A DNA stretch of 64,000 bases. It comes from Longimicrobiales bacterium. GTDB lineage: Bacteria; Gemmatimonadota; Gemmatimonadetes; Longimicrobiales; Gaopeijiaceae. The stretch covers positions 512,001 to 576,000 of the forward strand of contig CBDCNQ010000004.1 of assembly GCA_965219445.1 (NCBI GenBank), written 5' to 3'. Shown one piece after another: positions 8,812 to 19,632 of the stretch; within the stretch, counting starts at the first letter, position 1, and every line of letters begins with the position of its first letter. The notes below the pieces were generated by a model that was given only the letters and a program-made list of their open reading frames with translations, had not been told where the DNA came from and searched no databases. The position numbers and the translations under genes are program-made.

Positions 8812-10947
8812 CTAGCTCGACGCGTCGGCCTCCGGGTCCTCGGCGCTGAGTCGCACTACGGGAGTGCGCACCGTACCCGGGCTCGTCTCTTCATCACTGG
8901 ACGGCTCGTCACCGAGCTTGACCGCCGTTGACACCTCCACCTCGTCCACGGACTCGGTGTCCAGTTCGTCCAAATCCGCATCGGCCGCGTCCGCCTCCGG
9001 CTCTCCACCATCCACCCCGCTCCCTTCCGACTCGCCCGCCTCGTCGTCGGTCGCCTCGTCTCCGTTCGCAAGCGGCGGAAGCTCCTCGCCCGCGTCGAGG
9101 AGATCGATCTCGGTGGAGCCCAGGGTCTCTCGATCGAGGAGCGCCTGCGCAACTCGTTCGAGGAGATCGCCATGCTCCTTTATGATCGAAATGGCGCTCT
9201 GCTCGGCCTCATCCAAGACCCTCTTGATCTCCTGATCCACCTGCTGGGCGGTGTGCTCCGAGACCTCCCGGCGCTGAACCAACTCCCGGCCCAAGAAGAC
9301 CTCCTGATCGCCTTGACCGACCGCCATGAGTCCGATCACGTCCGACATGCCGAAGCGGGTCACCATCTGCCTCGCCATGGCCGTCGCTCTCTCGATATCG
9401 TTCCCCGCTCCCGTTGTGATCTTGTCCGGACCGAACGTGAACTCCTCGGCTACGCGCCCTCCGAACAGCATACACAGCTGCCCTTCGAGCCACTCCTTGG
9501 TGTAGGAGTGCCGATCTTCCTCCGGAAGGCTGGCCGTGATCCCGAGCGCGCGTCCCCTAGGCACGATCGTGACTTTGTGCACGGGGTCGAGCCCCGGAAG
9601 TCTGAGCCCGATAACGGCGTGGCCGGCCTCGTGGTAGGCGGTAAGCTCCCGCTCCGAATCGGTCAGAACCAGGCTTCGCCGCTCGGCCCCGAGCATGACC
9701 TTGTCCTTCGCCTCCTCGAAATGAAGCATGGCGACCTTGTCACTCCCGTCCCGAGCCGCCAGAAGAGCGGCCTCGTTACAGATGTTCGCTAGATCCGCGC
9801 CACTCAGCCCGGGCGTGCCCTTGGCCACCACTTTCAGCTCTACATCTCCCGCGAGCGGCAACTTCTTGGCGTGCACCCGTAGAATCCCCTCGCGCCCCCG
9901 GACGTCCGGGGAATCCACGATCACCTGCCGATCGAAGCGGCCCGGCCGCAAGAGGGCGGGATCGAGCACATCCGGTCGGTTGGTGGCCGCCAGCAGAATC
10001 ACGCCCTCGTTCGACTCGAACCCGTCCATTTCGACCAGAAGAGCGTTCAGCGTCTGCTCCCGCTCGTCGTGTCCTCCACCCAAGCCGGCTCCACGGTGGC
10101 GGCCCACCGCATCGATCTCATCGATGAAGATGATGCAGGGAGCGTGCGCCTTCCCTTGCTCGAAAAGGTCGCGAACTCGGGAGGCACCCACACCGACAAA
10201 CATCTCGACGAAGTCCGAACCCGACATCTGGAAGAACGGCCGGCCCGCTTCTCCGGCCACGGCTCGCGCAAGGAGCGTCTTGCCCGTTCCAGGGGGGCCC
10301 ACCAGGAGGACGCCCTTGGGCAGACGGCCACCGAGTCGTGAGAACCGCTGCGGATCTTTGAGGAACTCGATGATCTCCTCGAGCTCGGTCTTGGCCTCGT
10401 CCGCCCCGGCGATGTCTGCGAACGTCACCTTGGGGGTGTCGGGGGAGATCAGCTTCGCTTTGGACCGTCCGAACTGAAACGCTCGATTGCCCCCGCCCTG
10501 CATGGTCCTGAATATCCAGATCCAGAACGCGATGAACAGAATCCATGGGAGCATTGTCACGAGGATCGTACCCCACCCCCGCGTCTCCAGCTGACCCGAG
10601 ACTTCGACGTCGTGCTGCTCCATGTCGGCGAGAAGCTCAGCCGTGATCTCACCCGGCAGCATCGTCGTGAAGTTCTGGAACTCACGGCCCTCCTCCATGC
10701 GGGGGGCCCTGAGCTCACCTTCGATTCGCCTGCTCTCGACGACCGTCACCTCGAGGATATTGTCGGCGTCGAGCTGCGTCCTGAACTCGGTATACGTGAA
10801 TTCGATCGCGGCCTGCTCCTGCCCTCGCATCAATTGCACGAGGAGAGCCGCCATCAGTACGAGCAGCAGCCAAAAGGCCCCCGTCCTGGAGACACGGGTC
10901 ATCTTGGAGCTGTCGTCCGGAGGTCGAAGCGGGTCTTGTTCAGCCAT
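8812..10947 (-). CDS. ftsH: ATP-dependent zinc metalloprotease FtsH
   Basis: Two TMs, Walker [31 protein letters not shown] Zn motif; acidic C-terminal tail. Confidence 0.97.
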   Translation of the reverse strand: MAEQDPLRPPDDSSKMTRVSRTGAFWLLLVLMAALLVQLMRGQEQAAIEFTYTEFRTQLDADNILEVTVVESRRIEGELRAPRMEEGREFQNFTTMLPGEITAELLADMEQHDVEVSGQLETRGWGTILVTMLPWILFIAFWIWIFRTMQGGGNRAFQFGRSKAKLISPDTPKVTFADIAGADEAKTELEEIIEFLKDPQRFSRLGGRLPKGVLLVGPPGTGKTLLARAVAGEAGRPFFQMSGSDFVEMFVGVGASRVRDLFEQGKAHAPCIIFIDEIDAVGRHRGAGLGGGHDEREQTLNALLVEMDGFESNEGVILLAATNRPDVLDPALLRPGRFDRQVIVDSPDVRGREGILRVHAKKLPLAGDVELKVVAKGTPGLSGADLANICNEAALLAARDGSDKVAMLHFEEAKDKVMLGAERRSLVLTDSERELTAYHEAGHAVIGLRLPGLDPVHKVTIVPRGRALGITASLPEEDRHSYTKEWLEGQLCMLFGGRVAEEFTFGPDKITTGAGNDIERATAMARQMVTRFGMSDVIGLMAVGQGDQEVFLGRELVQRREVSEHTAQQVDQEIKRVLDEAEQSAISIIKEHGDLLERVAQALLDRETLGSTEIDLLDAGEELPPLANGDEATDDEAGESEGSGVDGGEPEADAADADLDELDTESVDEVEVSTAVKLGDEPSSDEETSPGTVRTPVVRLSAEDPEADASS

Positions 10948-11028
10948 ATGTGGATAACACCTCAAGCGCCATCGGGGTTCGTCCCGACGTTTTCAAACGT
11001 CTCAATATAACGCCGGCAGCGGAAGCTT

Positions 11029-12426
11029 TCACCGAGTATCCGCTGCGCCCTCATCTCCCTGCGCGGTCGGGGGAGGCGATACGGACAGCATAAGCGCATC
11101 GTCTTCGGCGCCGGGCAAGAGGAGCGAGGACCGGGCCACGCCCGGAACCCAGAGTACCCTATCTTTGCCGTCGACGACAACCGGGACCCGAGAGCGCTCC
11201 TCCATGGCTACGCGTTTTTCCCCGAAGATCTTCTTCAGCTTCTTCGATCCATAAGAGCGCTTCATGCGATCTCCCGAGCTCCATCCACGAAGTGTTACCG
11301 GAAACTCGAGCCCCGAAACGGAGAACCTCTCCACCCAAGGAGTTATCGGACCTTGGTCGAGCGACCAAGTGACGGACCAGTCCCGGCCTCCGATCAAGAC
11401 GACTGCCCGCCCGTTGCCCGGGCGCTCGATATCGAAGCTCTGGTCGACAGCCGAATCGGACGGATGGCTGAAGACCAGCCGGTCGAAGTACCGCATCAAA
11501 TGTACCGTACCGGAGATCGGGTGACCGTGACCACTGGAGCCGGCGCTCGCAAATGCCAAGGCAGAGCGGGTTCCGGCCTCACCCAGCGTGGCCCCCAGTC
11601 GGCCTGCCAACTCCCGAAGAATCCGAGCCCGTACGGCCGCTTCATGACCCAGAAACGCAGTTCGGTCGATTTCGATGCGACGATCGCTTTCCTCGGTCAC
11701 CAGGTCCCGCACGATTGGGTCTAGTAAGGACCTCCACGCTGCTTCTTCGGCGCTCGCGATGCGTCCCAAGCGCACAAGGGATTTCCGCGCAGCGGGAGCG
11801 ACCCCCGCTTCGAGACGAGGGAGAATTTCGTTTCGAATGACGTTACGGGCGAAGCGCGGGTCCACGTTGGATGGATCTACGCGGGGTCGAATACCCGTCG
11901 AATCCGCGTACTCAGACAGACGAGCCCGAGTGAAGGGAAGGAGCGGACGCAGGATGCCGGGGTCTCTCTTCTCCGGAATCCCTTCGAGACCGCGCAGCCC
12001 GGTGCCCCGTACGATGCGAAACAAAATGGTCTCGGCTTGATCGTCGGCATGGTGTGCGGTCAGAACCCATCTCGCTCCAAGCGTCTTCCGTTCCCCCTCG
12101 AAAAACGCATAGCGCGCGTCGCGCGCCTCCTCCTCGTTCGACGGACGGCTTTCCGCCAGTCCGACCCTGCACTCTAGGCCCCACGCCGCGGCCCATCCGC
12201 GAACCCAGAGCGCTTCGGCGTCGCTGCCGGAGCGGATTCGATGGTTGAAATGACCAACCACCAGTTCCAGGGCAGGCAGCCCCGGGGAGAATCTCAGAAG
12301 ATGGAGCAGGGTCAAGGAATCCACCCCACCGGAAACGCCCACTAAAATGCGGTCGCCCGCCGTGAAGAACCCCCGCCGCACAACGTGGTCGGTGAAATCG
12401 CGCGCGAGTCCGAGGTACGCGTTCAC
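11029..12426 (-). CDS. tilS: tRNA(Ile)-lysidine synthetase
   Basis: PP-loop SGGVDS, TAHHADDQAET, RPLL, DPSN..RNVIR, C-terminal KKLKKIF domain; upstream of ftsH. Confidence 0.95.
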   Translation of the reverse strand: MNAYLGLARDFTDHVVRRGFFTAGDRILVGVSGGVDSLTLLHLLRFSPGLPALELVVGHFNHRIRSGSDAEALWVRGWAAAWGLECRVGLAESRPSNEEEARDARYAFFEGERKTLGARWVLTAHHADDQAETILFRIVRGTGLRGLEGIPEKRDPGILRPLLPFTRARLSEYADSTGIRPRVDPSNVDPRFARNVIRNEILPRLEAGVAPAARKSLVRLGRIASAEEAAWRSLLDPIVRDLVTEESDRRIEIDRTAFLGHEAAVRARILRELAGRLGATLGEAGTRSALAFASAGSSGHGHPISGTVHLMRYFDRLVFSHPSDSAVDQSFDIERPGNGRAVVLIGGRDWSVTWSLDQGPITPWVERFSVSGLEFPVTLRGWSSGDRMKRSYGSKKLKKIFGEKRVAMEERSRVPVVVDGKDRVLWVPGVARSSLLLPGAEDDALMLSVSPPPTAQGDEGAADTR

Positions 12427-12480
12427 GGGTCTAAGCCATGTGATTCGAAAGGGGGGCGCACATCCGGCCCGGCCCGTGTG

Positions 12481-12996
12481 TTAGGACGCTCGCGCCGCGT
12501 CCCTGAATCCCTCGGCGTCCGCCGGATCCACCCCGTGCAGACGGAACAGCACGAGGTCGAGGAGGCGATCGGTGAGGGCGAGGTCCCGAGCCCTCTGGTC
12601 GTCCTCCTCCTCACCGGCTTCCCCCATCCCGTCCTGAAGGGCCACGACCCGCTCGGCCAAGAACCTCACGATTTCCTCGGCGATTTCAGGCCTTGGATTC
12701 GCCGGAGCGAGAGAGTCCGGCATGACCTGATCGAGCAGAAGACCCCGGATGAAGGCGAGAAACCCTGGGAAGGCGAGCTCCGCAAGAGGCTCACCCTCGA
12801 CTTGCTCCTCGTCGGTGATGTTTTCCCACGCGAGCTCGTTGAGATACAGGTCGGTCGCCGCATTGCGCAGGTGATCGCGCTCGGGCTCCGACAACTCGTC
12901 GCCTCGGGCTGGCTCCGGTACGGCGAGCGGGCGCCCCAAAGCGCGCTCCATCTTCTCTCTCCGCCCTTCGAGCAGGGTGGTTGCCCGATCGTTCAT
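12481..12996 (-). CDS. Hypothetical acidic helical protein
   Basis: 171-aa ORF filling the gap between the tRNA and tilS, CAGGAG SD-like upstream; no recognised motif. Confidence 0.7.
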   Translation of the reverse strand: MNDRATTLLEGRREKMERALGRPLAVPEPARGDELSEPERDHLRNAATDLYLNELAWENITDEEQVEGEPLAELAFPGFLAFIRGLLLDQVMPDSLAPANPRPEIAEEIVRFLAERVVALQDGMGEAGEEEDDQRARDLALTDRLLDLVLFRLHGVDPADAEGFRDAARAS

Positions 12997-13110
12997 ACCT
13001 GAGCTCCTGGATGACTCAACTACGCCACGGGTCTGCCGACCCGCTTGCCCGCTTATGTACGTAAGTTACACATCTGTGTGCCCAGCCCGCCACCGTCGGG
13101 GCAAGCCAAC

Positions 13111-13140
13111 GAAAAGCCCAGGCCACCGGCCCGGGCTTTC
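13111..13140 (-). terminator. Hairpin/terminator downstream of tRNA-Met
   Basis: AAAGCCC...GGGCTTT inverted repeat with a short T run directly 3' of the tRNA. Confidence 0.55.
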
Positions 13141-13142
13141 GA

Positions 13143-13216
13143 TAGCGGAGGAGGGACTCGAACCCCCGACACGCGGATTATGATTCCGCTGCTCTAACCA
13201 GCTGAGCTACTCCGCC
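13143..13216 (-). tRNA. tRNA-Met (CAT), probably elongator; CCA not encoded
   Basis: Reverse complement GGCGGAGTAGCTCAGCTGGTTAGAGCAGCGGAATCATAATCCGCGTGTCGGGGGTTCGAGTCCCTCCTCCGCTA folds as a cloverleaf with a CAT anticodon and TTCGA T-loop. Confidence 0.95.
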
Positions 13217-13354
13217 GTGCTGTTCAAGCCCCCAAAGCTCAAAAGAGTATCAGGGGGTGTCAATGGAGCCATCCTCCCCTTCCGGGGGTAGACTGGAAAA
13301 GCGCTTAGAACGCGCGTCAGCCACTAAGCACCCTCATTTCGAAGGCGGTGTAAC

Positions 13355-14347
13355 ATGGACTTCGGTTCCTTCTTCGGCGTGACCGCGATCATCGGGGGAG
13401 TGGCTCTGCTCACGAGCCTGCGCATCCTGTTCGAGTATCAGCGTGGCGTCGTCTTCAGGCTCGGTAGGCTCACGCGGGCCAAGGGACCCGGACTCATTTT
13501 TTTGGTCCCGTTCGGAGTCGAGCGCATGAAGAAGATGGATCTCCGGATCGTAGCGCTCGACATCGCTCCGCAGGACACGATCACGAAGGACAACGTCAGC
13601 GTGAAGGTCAACGCGGTCGTGTATTTCCGCGTCACCGACCCGTCCAAGGCGGTCGTAGAGATTGAAGACTACTACTTCGCGACGAGTCAGCTCGCGCAGA
13701 CCACGTTGCGGAGCGTCATCGGGCAGTCGGAGTTGGACGAAATCCTCGTCGAACGTGAGCAGATCAACCGGGTGGTCCGCGACATCATCGACGAGGGGAC
13801 CGATGCGTGGGGCATAGAAGTGACGGCCGTGGAGGTCAAAGACATCGATCTCCCCCAGGAAATGAAGAGAGCGATGGCCAGGCAGGCCGAGGCGGAGCGA
13901 GAACGGCGGGGCAAAGTCATCGCCGCCGCCGGAGAGGCGCAAGCGGCCATAAAGCTGGCCGAGGCCGCCCAGTTGATCCAGGACTACCCCGTGGCCATAC
14001 AGTTACGATTTCTCCAGACGATGGTGGAGATCGCCGCTGAGAACAATTCGACAACCGTGTTCCCAGTCCCCATGGACCTCTTCAAGCCCATCGTGGAAGC
14101 CGGTGAGCGATTCAAGGCGCTGGGCGCACTGCCGGGGGCGCAGAGTGATCCGTCGAAGACGCTCGGAGTGGAGGCGTCCGAAAACGCGCTACCCCCCGGC
14201 GTCGACCCACAGATACCCGCCGGCGTGGATCCGGCGATGCTCACCGACGCGGCCAAAGCCATTTTGGGAATTGGGAGCGGCGAATCCCCGTCGGACGAGC
14301 AAGCCGTCCCCTCGACTCAGAGGGCCAGGGAGGACGAGGGCGAATGA
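13355..14347 (+). CDS. SPFH/stomatin (slipin) family membrane protein
   Basis: [57 protein letters not shown]. Confidence 0.93.
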   Translation: MDFGSFFGVTAIIGGVALLTSLRILFEYQRGVVFRLGRLTRAKGPGLIFLVPFGVERMKKMDLRIVALDIAPQDTITKDNVSVKVNAVVYFRVTDPSKAVVEIEDYYFATSQLAQTTLRSVIGQSELDEILVEREQINRVVRDIIDEGTDAWGIEVTAVEVKDIDLPQEMKRAMARQAEAERERRGKVIAAAGEAQAAIKLAEAAQLIQDYPVAIQLRFLQTMVEIAAENNSTTVFPVPMDLFKPIVEAGERFKALGALPGAQSDPSKTLGVEASENALPPGVDPQIPAGVDPAMLTDAAKAILGIGSGESPSDEQAVPSTQRAREDEGE

Positions 14348-14366
14348 TCCTGGCGGTCTCGCGCCC

Positions 14367-14681
14367 TCAACGACACTCTGGATCCTGGACCGCGTCGGTA
14401 GGCACGGAGTCCGTAGGTCCGGTGATGCGGTAGAGGACCTCCCCCGCTCGAATCATCCCGTAACGCTCTCGCGCCAACCGTTCGATGGTCGCCGAGTCCG
14501 ACTCCAGGGCGTTCGCCCAGGCCCGTAGACAATCGTTAGCCTGCTTCAACTCCACGAGCCTCTGTTCCAGCTCGACTCTCTCGGCCCGAATGCGGCCGAC
14601 CTCGAATACGGAATACTCTCCACCGAACAACGCGAAGTAGAGGGCCAGTCCGATCAGCACAGGGAAGATGAACCGCTTCAC
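14367..14681 (-). CDS. ftsB: Septum formation initiator FtsB/DivIC family
   Basis: N-terminal TM, coiled coil, IERLARERYGMIRAGE; follows eno. Confidence 0.85.
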   Translation of the reverse strand: MKRFIFPVLIGLALYFALFGGEYSVFEVGRIRAERVELEQRLVELKQANDCLRAWANALESDSATIERLARERYGMIRAGEVLYRITGPTDSVPTDAVQDPECR

Positions 14682-14717
14682 GGCATTTGCCTCAGTCGTG
14701 TCACGAGTTGCGCCACT

Positions 14718-16001
<1,284 letters not shown>

Positions 16002-16184
16002 TTACTCACTCCTCTGGTAACTGACCCGCCGCTCGGTCCCAGCGACGGTGGCCGTGGTTCAAGATGGGTTCGACTTCGACTTCGATGGCCCCAGAACATC
16101 GTCCAATGGGCGCTCGCCCGGTAGACAGGAGCGGAGGTGGGCTCGCCCACGCGAACTGTGATGGTTCCGGGGGGGATGCCGATC

Positions 16185-17279
16185 TCAGCGCGATCCTTCG
16201 CCGGAGGCAAAGTGGTCGAACCCCCCACTCAACTGGTCCGGTCCCACGGCACCGACGACTTCGACCCCTGAGCCGTCCTCCACATGGCCAACACACGTCA
16301 GTCCGATCCCGAAGCGCTCCCGAAACTCGTTGGCCCACCGGACGGTCACGCCCGGCGGTGAGACGAAGCAGAGCTCATAGTCCTCCCCTCCCGACATCGC
16401 CAGGGACGGCGCGTCCTCCGCGGAGAGATCGGGGTGGACCGGAACGAGTCGCGCATCGAGTACGATTCGCACGCCTGACGCAGCCGCTAGGTGTCGAGCA
16501 TCACCCGCCAAGCCATCCGAGAGATCGATCATGGCCCGTACTTGCACTTGGTCGGCCAGCCAACGTGCCTCGCTGATGCGGGCCGTCGGCCGTGCGAAGG
16601 ACCGCCGCAGGCTCGGGTCGGGCTCCGCACCGTCCCGCCAGGCGCGCACCGCCCCGGCGCTCCCTCCCAACACGCCCGTGACCCAAAGCTCGTCACCGGG
16701 TTGTGCGCCGCTTCGTGTCACGGGCTCTTCCGACTCTCCTACGACAGTTACATCGATGACGACCGGCCCGGGAGACGCGGAGAGGTCGCCTCCCACCAAG
16801 GGCGCGCCAAGCTTCTCTAAAGCCGTCTTGATCCCGTCCCCAAGTGCGGACAGGACGGTCTGAGCCTCCTGGGGGGCGACCGCCAAAGAGATCAACACTG
16901 CAGCGGGGGTGGCCGCCATGGCCGCCAGGTCGCTCGCCGCCGCCGTGACAGCGCGCGCACCGGCCTCGGCAAACGTTATCCAGCTTCGACGGAAATGCAC
17001 GTCCTCCACGCTCAGATCGGTGCTCATCACCAGCCGCCCCGCATCGATGACCGCTGCGTCGTCACCCGGACCCAGCCACACCCCACCCCCCCCGGGGACA
17101 TGAGTCTTTACGTCGGCGCCAGTGCCGGCCGCCGGGTTCACCTTCCGCAAGAGGTCGCGTATCAGATCGAATTCAGTACCGGAGCCCATCTCGACCATGT
17201 CACTCGTCGCAGCACCGTGCCACCTGGTGCGGGCGACACCGCTCGGACCCCGGTTATCATCGTCCGCCGCGTGAGTCAT
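16185..17279 (-). CDS. thiL: Thiamine-monophosphate kinase
   Basis: EFDLI, GPGDDAAV, SDLAAM, GGD, RSGAQPGD, MIDLSDGL, GGEDYEL, GFDHF. Confidence 0.95.
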   Translation of the reverse strand: MTHAADDDNRGPSGVARTRWHGAATSDMVEMGSGTEFDLIRDLLRKVNPAAGTGADVKTHVPGGGGVWLGPGDDAAVIDAGRLVMSTDLSVEDVHFRRSWITFAEAGARAVTAAASDLAAMAATPAAVLISLAVAPQEAQTVLSALGDGIKTALEKLGAPLVGGDLSASPGPVVIDVTVVGESEEPVTRSGAQPGDELWVTGVLGGSAGAVRAWRDGAEPDPSLRRSFARPTARISEARWLADQVQVRAMIDLSDGLAGDARHLAAASGVRIVLDARLVPVHPDLSAEDAPSLAMSGGEDYELCFVSPPGVTVRWANEFRERFGIGLTCVGHVEDGSGVEVVGAVGPDQLSGGFDHFASGEGSR

Positions 17280-18856
17280 CTCGCCGAATCCTGGTCGAAG
17301 ATCACGAACGGATGATCGAGGTCGCTTTCTCCGGGCCCGACTTCCGTCCTCACCAGGGGAAGCTGTTCGATCACGTCCGAGGGGGTCAAGCTCGGACCCA
17401 GCGCGGCGCGTGCCGCCGCCCGGCCCGTGCCATACAGCGCGAGGGCACCCGCCCGATCCGGACCCACTCCCTGGGCCAAGAGTGAAGCAGCCACACCCGC
17501 AAGCACGTCACCCATCCCCCCCGCCGCCAGATCGGACGAGGCCACGGTATCCACCAGACAGGTGCCCTCGGGCGGGATCACGATCGACGGGAGGCCTTTG
17601 AGAAGCACGGTGGCCCCAGTCGTCCTGGCGAGGTCCCGGGCCGCGCCCATCCGGTCCTCCTCGATCGCCTCACTCGTCAGCCCGGTCAGGCGCTTCATCT
17701 CGCCAAGATGTGGTGTAATGAGGACGGGCCGGTCGGCAGCCCACTCCGCCACGCCAGGACCCTCCCCCGACGACGCCAGGTTGAGTGCGTCGGCGTCGAG
17801 AATCGTTGGAAGGGAGCCGGACGCCTCGAGCATGGCCGCCAGGAGCGCTCCCGCCTCGGCCCCACTTCCTAGCCCGGGACCCACGCCCATGGCCTGAGAT
17901 GCGGCGGCCGCCTCGCGCACGCCGTCGACGTCCTCGGCGGGCACAAAGATCGCCTCCGGAACGGACTCTTGAATGATGGAGCGGTTCTCGGACGAGGAAA
18001 CGATCCTCAGCAGACCCACCCCGGATCGCAGTGCGGCTCGGGCGGCCATCACGGCAGCCCCCACCATCCCGGGACGGCCGGCCACCAGGAGAAGCGTGCC
18101 CACGCTATTTTTGTGCGCGTCGGGTTCGCGCCTCGGCCAGGTCTCGGTGGCCCACGCCGGCGTGGCGGCAGCGACACCGAAGACCTGGTCCGGCACGGGT
18201 GGAAAGCCGATCTCTACCACAATCAGACGCCCGACTCTCGACCGGCCTGGTTGGAGCAACGTACCTAGTTTCGGCCATCCGAAGGCGACCGTAACGTCAG
18301 CGTCGACCGCCTCTCCAGCGATCTGCCCCGTGTCACCGTTCAATCCCGAGGGCGTATCCAGCGCGAACACGGGCCGCTCGGATCGGTTGATCGCTTCGAT
18401 CGCTCGGGCTTGGCGGTCGCGGGGCGCCCCCCGGATACCGGTGCCGAGAATACCGTCCACGATGACAGACGCGGCACGCAATACCGTGTCCAAATGTCCC
18501 GACTCGTGTTCGAGTCCGTCGTCTTCTTCGAACGGGATATTCCAGCCGCGCAGTAGATCCTCCTGATCCCGGTCGGCCACGAGAACGGCCCTGACAGCAC
18601 GCCCCCACGCGTGCAACGTTCGGAGCATCACGAGGCCGTCCCCACCATTGTTGCCGGCCCCGATGAACGCGAGGACCTCGCCATCGGGAAAGAGCCGGCC
18701 GAGGATTTCTGCGGCGGACCGCCCCGCGCACTCCATGAGGGCGGCCTGCGGGACAGACTGTTGCTCAATTGCGACCCGGTCAAAAGCGGCGGCCTCAGTG
18801 GCGGTAGGTGCCCAGATTCGTGAACGGGCGAAGGGCCGGAGCGGAGTGTTGCTCAT
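17276..18856 (-). CDS. nnr: Bifunctional NAD(P)HX epimerase/dehydratase (YjeF/Nnr)
   Basis: LMECAG, GAGNNGGDG, DGILGTG, HK..G, LDADAL, ITPHLGE, LKG, GGMGDVLAG. Confidence 0.93.
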   Translation of the reverse strand: MSNTPLRPFARSRIWAPTATEAAAFDRVAIEQQSVPQAALMECAGRSAAEILGRLFPDGEVLAFIGAGNNGGDGLVMLRTLHAWGRAVRAVLVADRDQEDLLRGWNIPFEEDDGLEHESGHLDTVLRAASVIVDGILGTGIRGAPRDRQARAIEAINRSERPVFALDTPSGLNGDTGQIAGEAVDADVTVAFGWPKLGTLLQPGRSRVGRLIVVEIGFPPVPDQVFGVAAATPAWATETWPRREPDAHKNSVGTLLLVAGRPGMVGAAVMAARAALRSGVGLLRIVSSSENRSIIQESVPEAIFVPAEDVDGVREAAAASQAMGVGPGLGSGAEAGALLAAMLEASGSLPTILDADALNLASSGEGPGVAEWAADRPVLITPHLGEMKRLTGLTSEAIEEDRMGAARDLARTTGATVLLKGLPSIVIPPEGTCLVDTVASSDLAAGGMGDVLAGVAASLLAQGVGPDRAGALALYGTGRAAARAALGPSLTPSDVIEQLPLVRTEVGPGESDLDHPFVIFDQDSAR

Positions 18857-18973
18857 TCCGAGGACCACCCCGGAATCCACGGTAGGCATCTGAGCGGAGC
18901 CGGAGTCAAACCGAATGGCGAAAAAAGACGGCGCTTCCCTCCGGGGCGGAGGTTACACCGAGACGGGGCTGGC

Positions 18974-19168
18974 CTACTTGTAGCTCTCGCCGATACTGCG
19001 ACCGAGCGAAATCTCCCCATTGTCGATCCGGATGTTGAACCCACACTCAGGGTTGGAGCACACCCAGGCCTTATATCGGATGGCGGCACCATCGCGACCA
19101 TAGTCAGAAAGAGGGAGCAGGATCCCGACATCGCACTTTTGACATCGAGGAAATCCAGATTCGTCCAT
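18974..19168 (-). CDS. Small putative Zn-ribbon protein of unknown function
   Basis: 64 aa with CQKC and CSNPEC; strong GGGAGGGG SD. Confidence 0.75.
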   Translation of the reverse strand: MDESGFPRCQKCDVGILLPLSDYGRDGAAIRYKAWVCSNPECGFNIRIDNGEISLGRSIGESYK

Positions 19169-19215
19169 GTCTCAGCCCCTCCCCCCTTCGTGACAATTTC
19201 CCGACTCCAGAGACG

Positions 19216-19596
19216 TCAGATCCCTGGGCTCCATGGATAATCTTGCTCGAACGCCTCTTCGAAATCAAAGACGTCCCGAAAGTCTTCTCGGGAATCCCCC
19301 TCCTGCCTGATAAGGACGCCGCACTCCACCAGAGCGAAGACGATGTCGCCTAAGTCCTCCGTCGAGTGGATCCCCCAGTGCTGCAGCACCGTTCTGGACA
19401 AGGGTCCGAAGCGGCCTAACGCGAGGCGGCGCACACCGTCCGCTAGTTCCGGCCCCGTGATGTGCCGTGGCTTCTCCAGCCCTTGCATGACCTCTTGCAG
19501 GGCCGATAGCAGAAATAGGTATGCCTTCCCGTGAAACCGCGGGTGCTTTTCCTGGAGCTGATCCAGAACGTCTTCGGCAAACTGGAGTTCGGTCAT
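19216..19596 (-). CDS. Conserved uncharacterised protein (Minf_1886-like family)
   Basis: AYLFL, RHITGPEL, FGPLSRTVLQHWGIHSTEDLGDIVFALVE, DSREDF; family recognised from memory. Confidence 0.8.
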   Translation of the reverse strand: MTELQFAEDVLDQLQEKHPRFHGKAYLFLLSALQEVMQGLEKPRHITGPELADGVRRLALGRFGPLSRTVLQHWGIHSTEDLGDIVFALVECGVLIRQEGDSREDFRDVFDFEEAFEQDYPWSPGI

Positions 19597-19632
19597 ACGG
19601 CAATCTTACCTGCTCTCGATCCTCGCGCCAGG

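Noticed and set aside
10962..11029. Possible hpt remnant between tilS and ftsH
   Set aside because: Too short, with no convincing motif match.
13143..13216. CAT-anticodon tRNA near tilS as tRNA-Ile2 or initiator tRNA
   Set aside because: The acceptor stem (G2-C71, C3-G70, G4-C69, G5-C68) fits elongator Met. It lacks the C4-G69/C5-G68 pairs of E. coli Ile2 and the C1 mismatch and GGG/CCC anticodon stem of initiators. A tRNA classifier would be decisive.
12997..13354. tRNA as an integration site for an island
   Set aside because: No integrase and no duplicate of the tRNA 3' end seen in the window.
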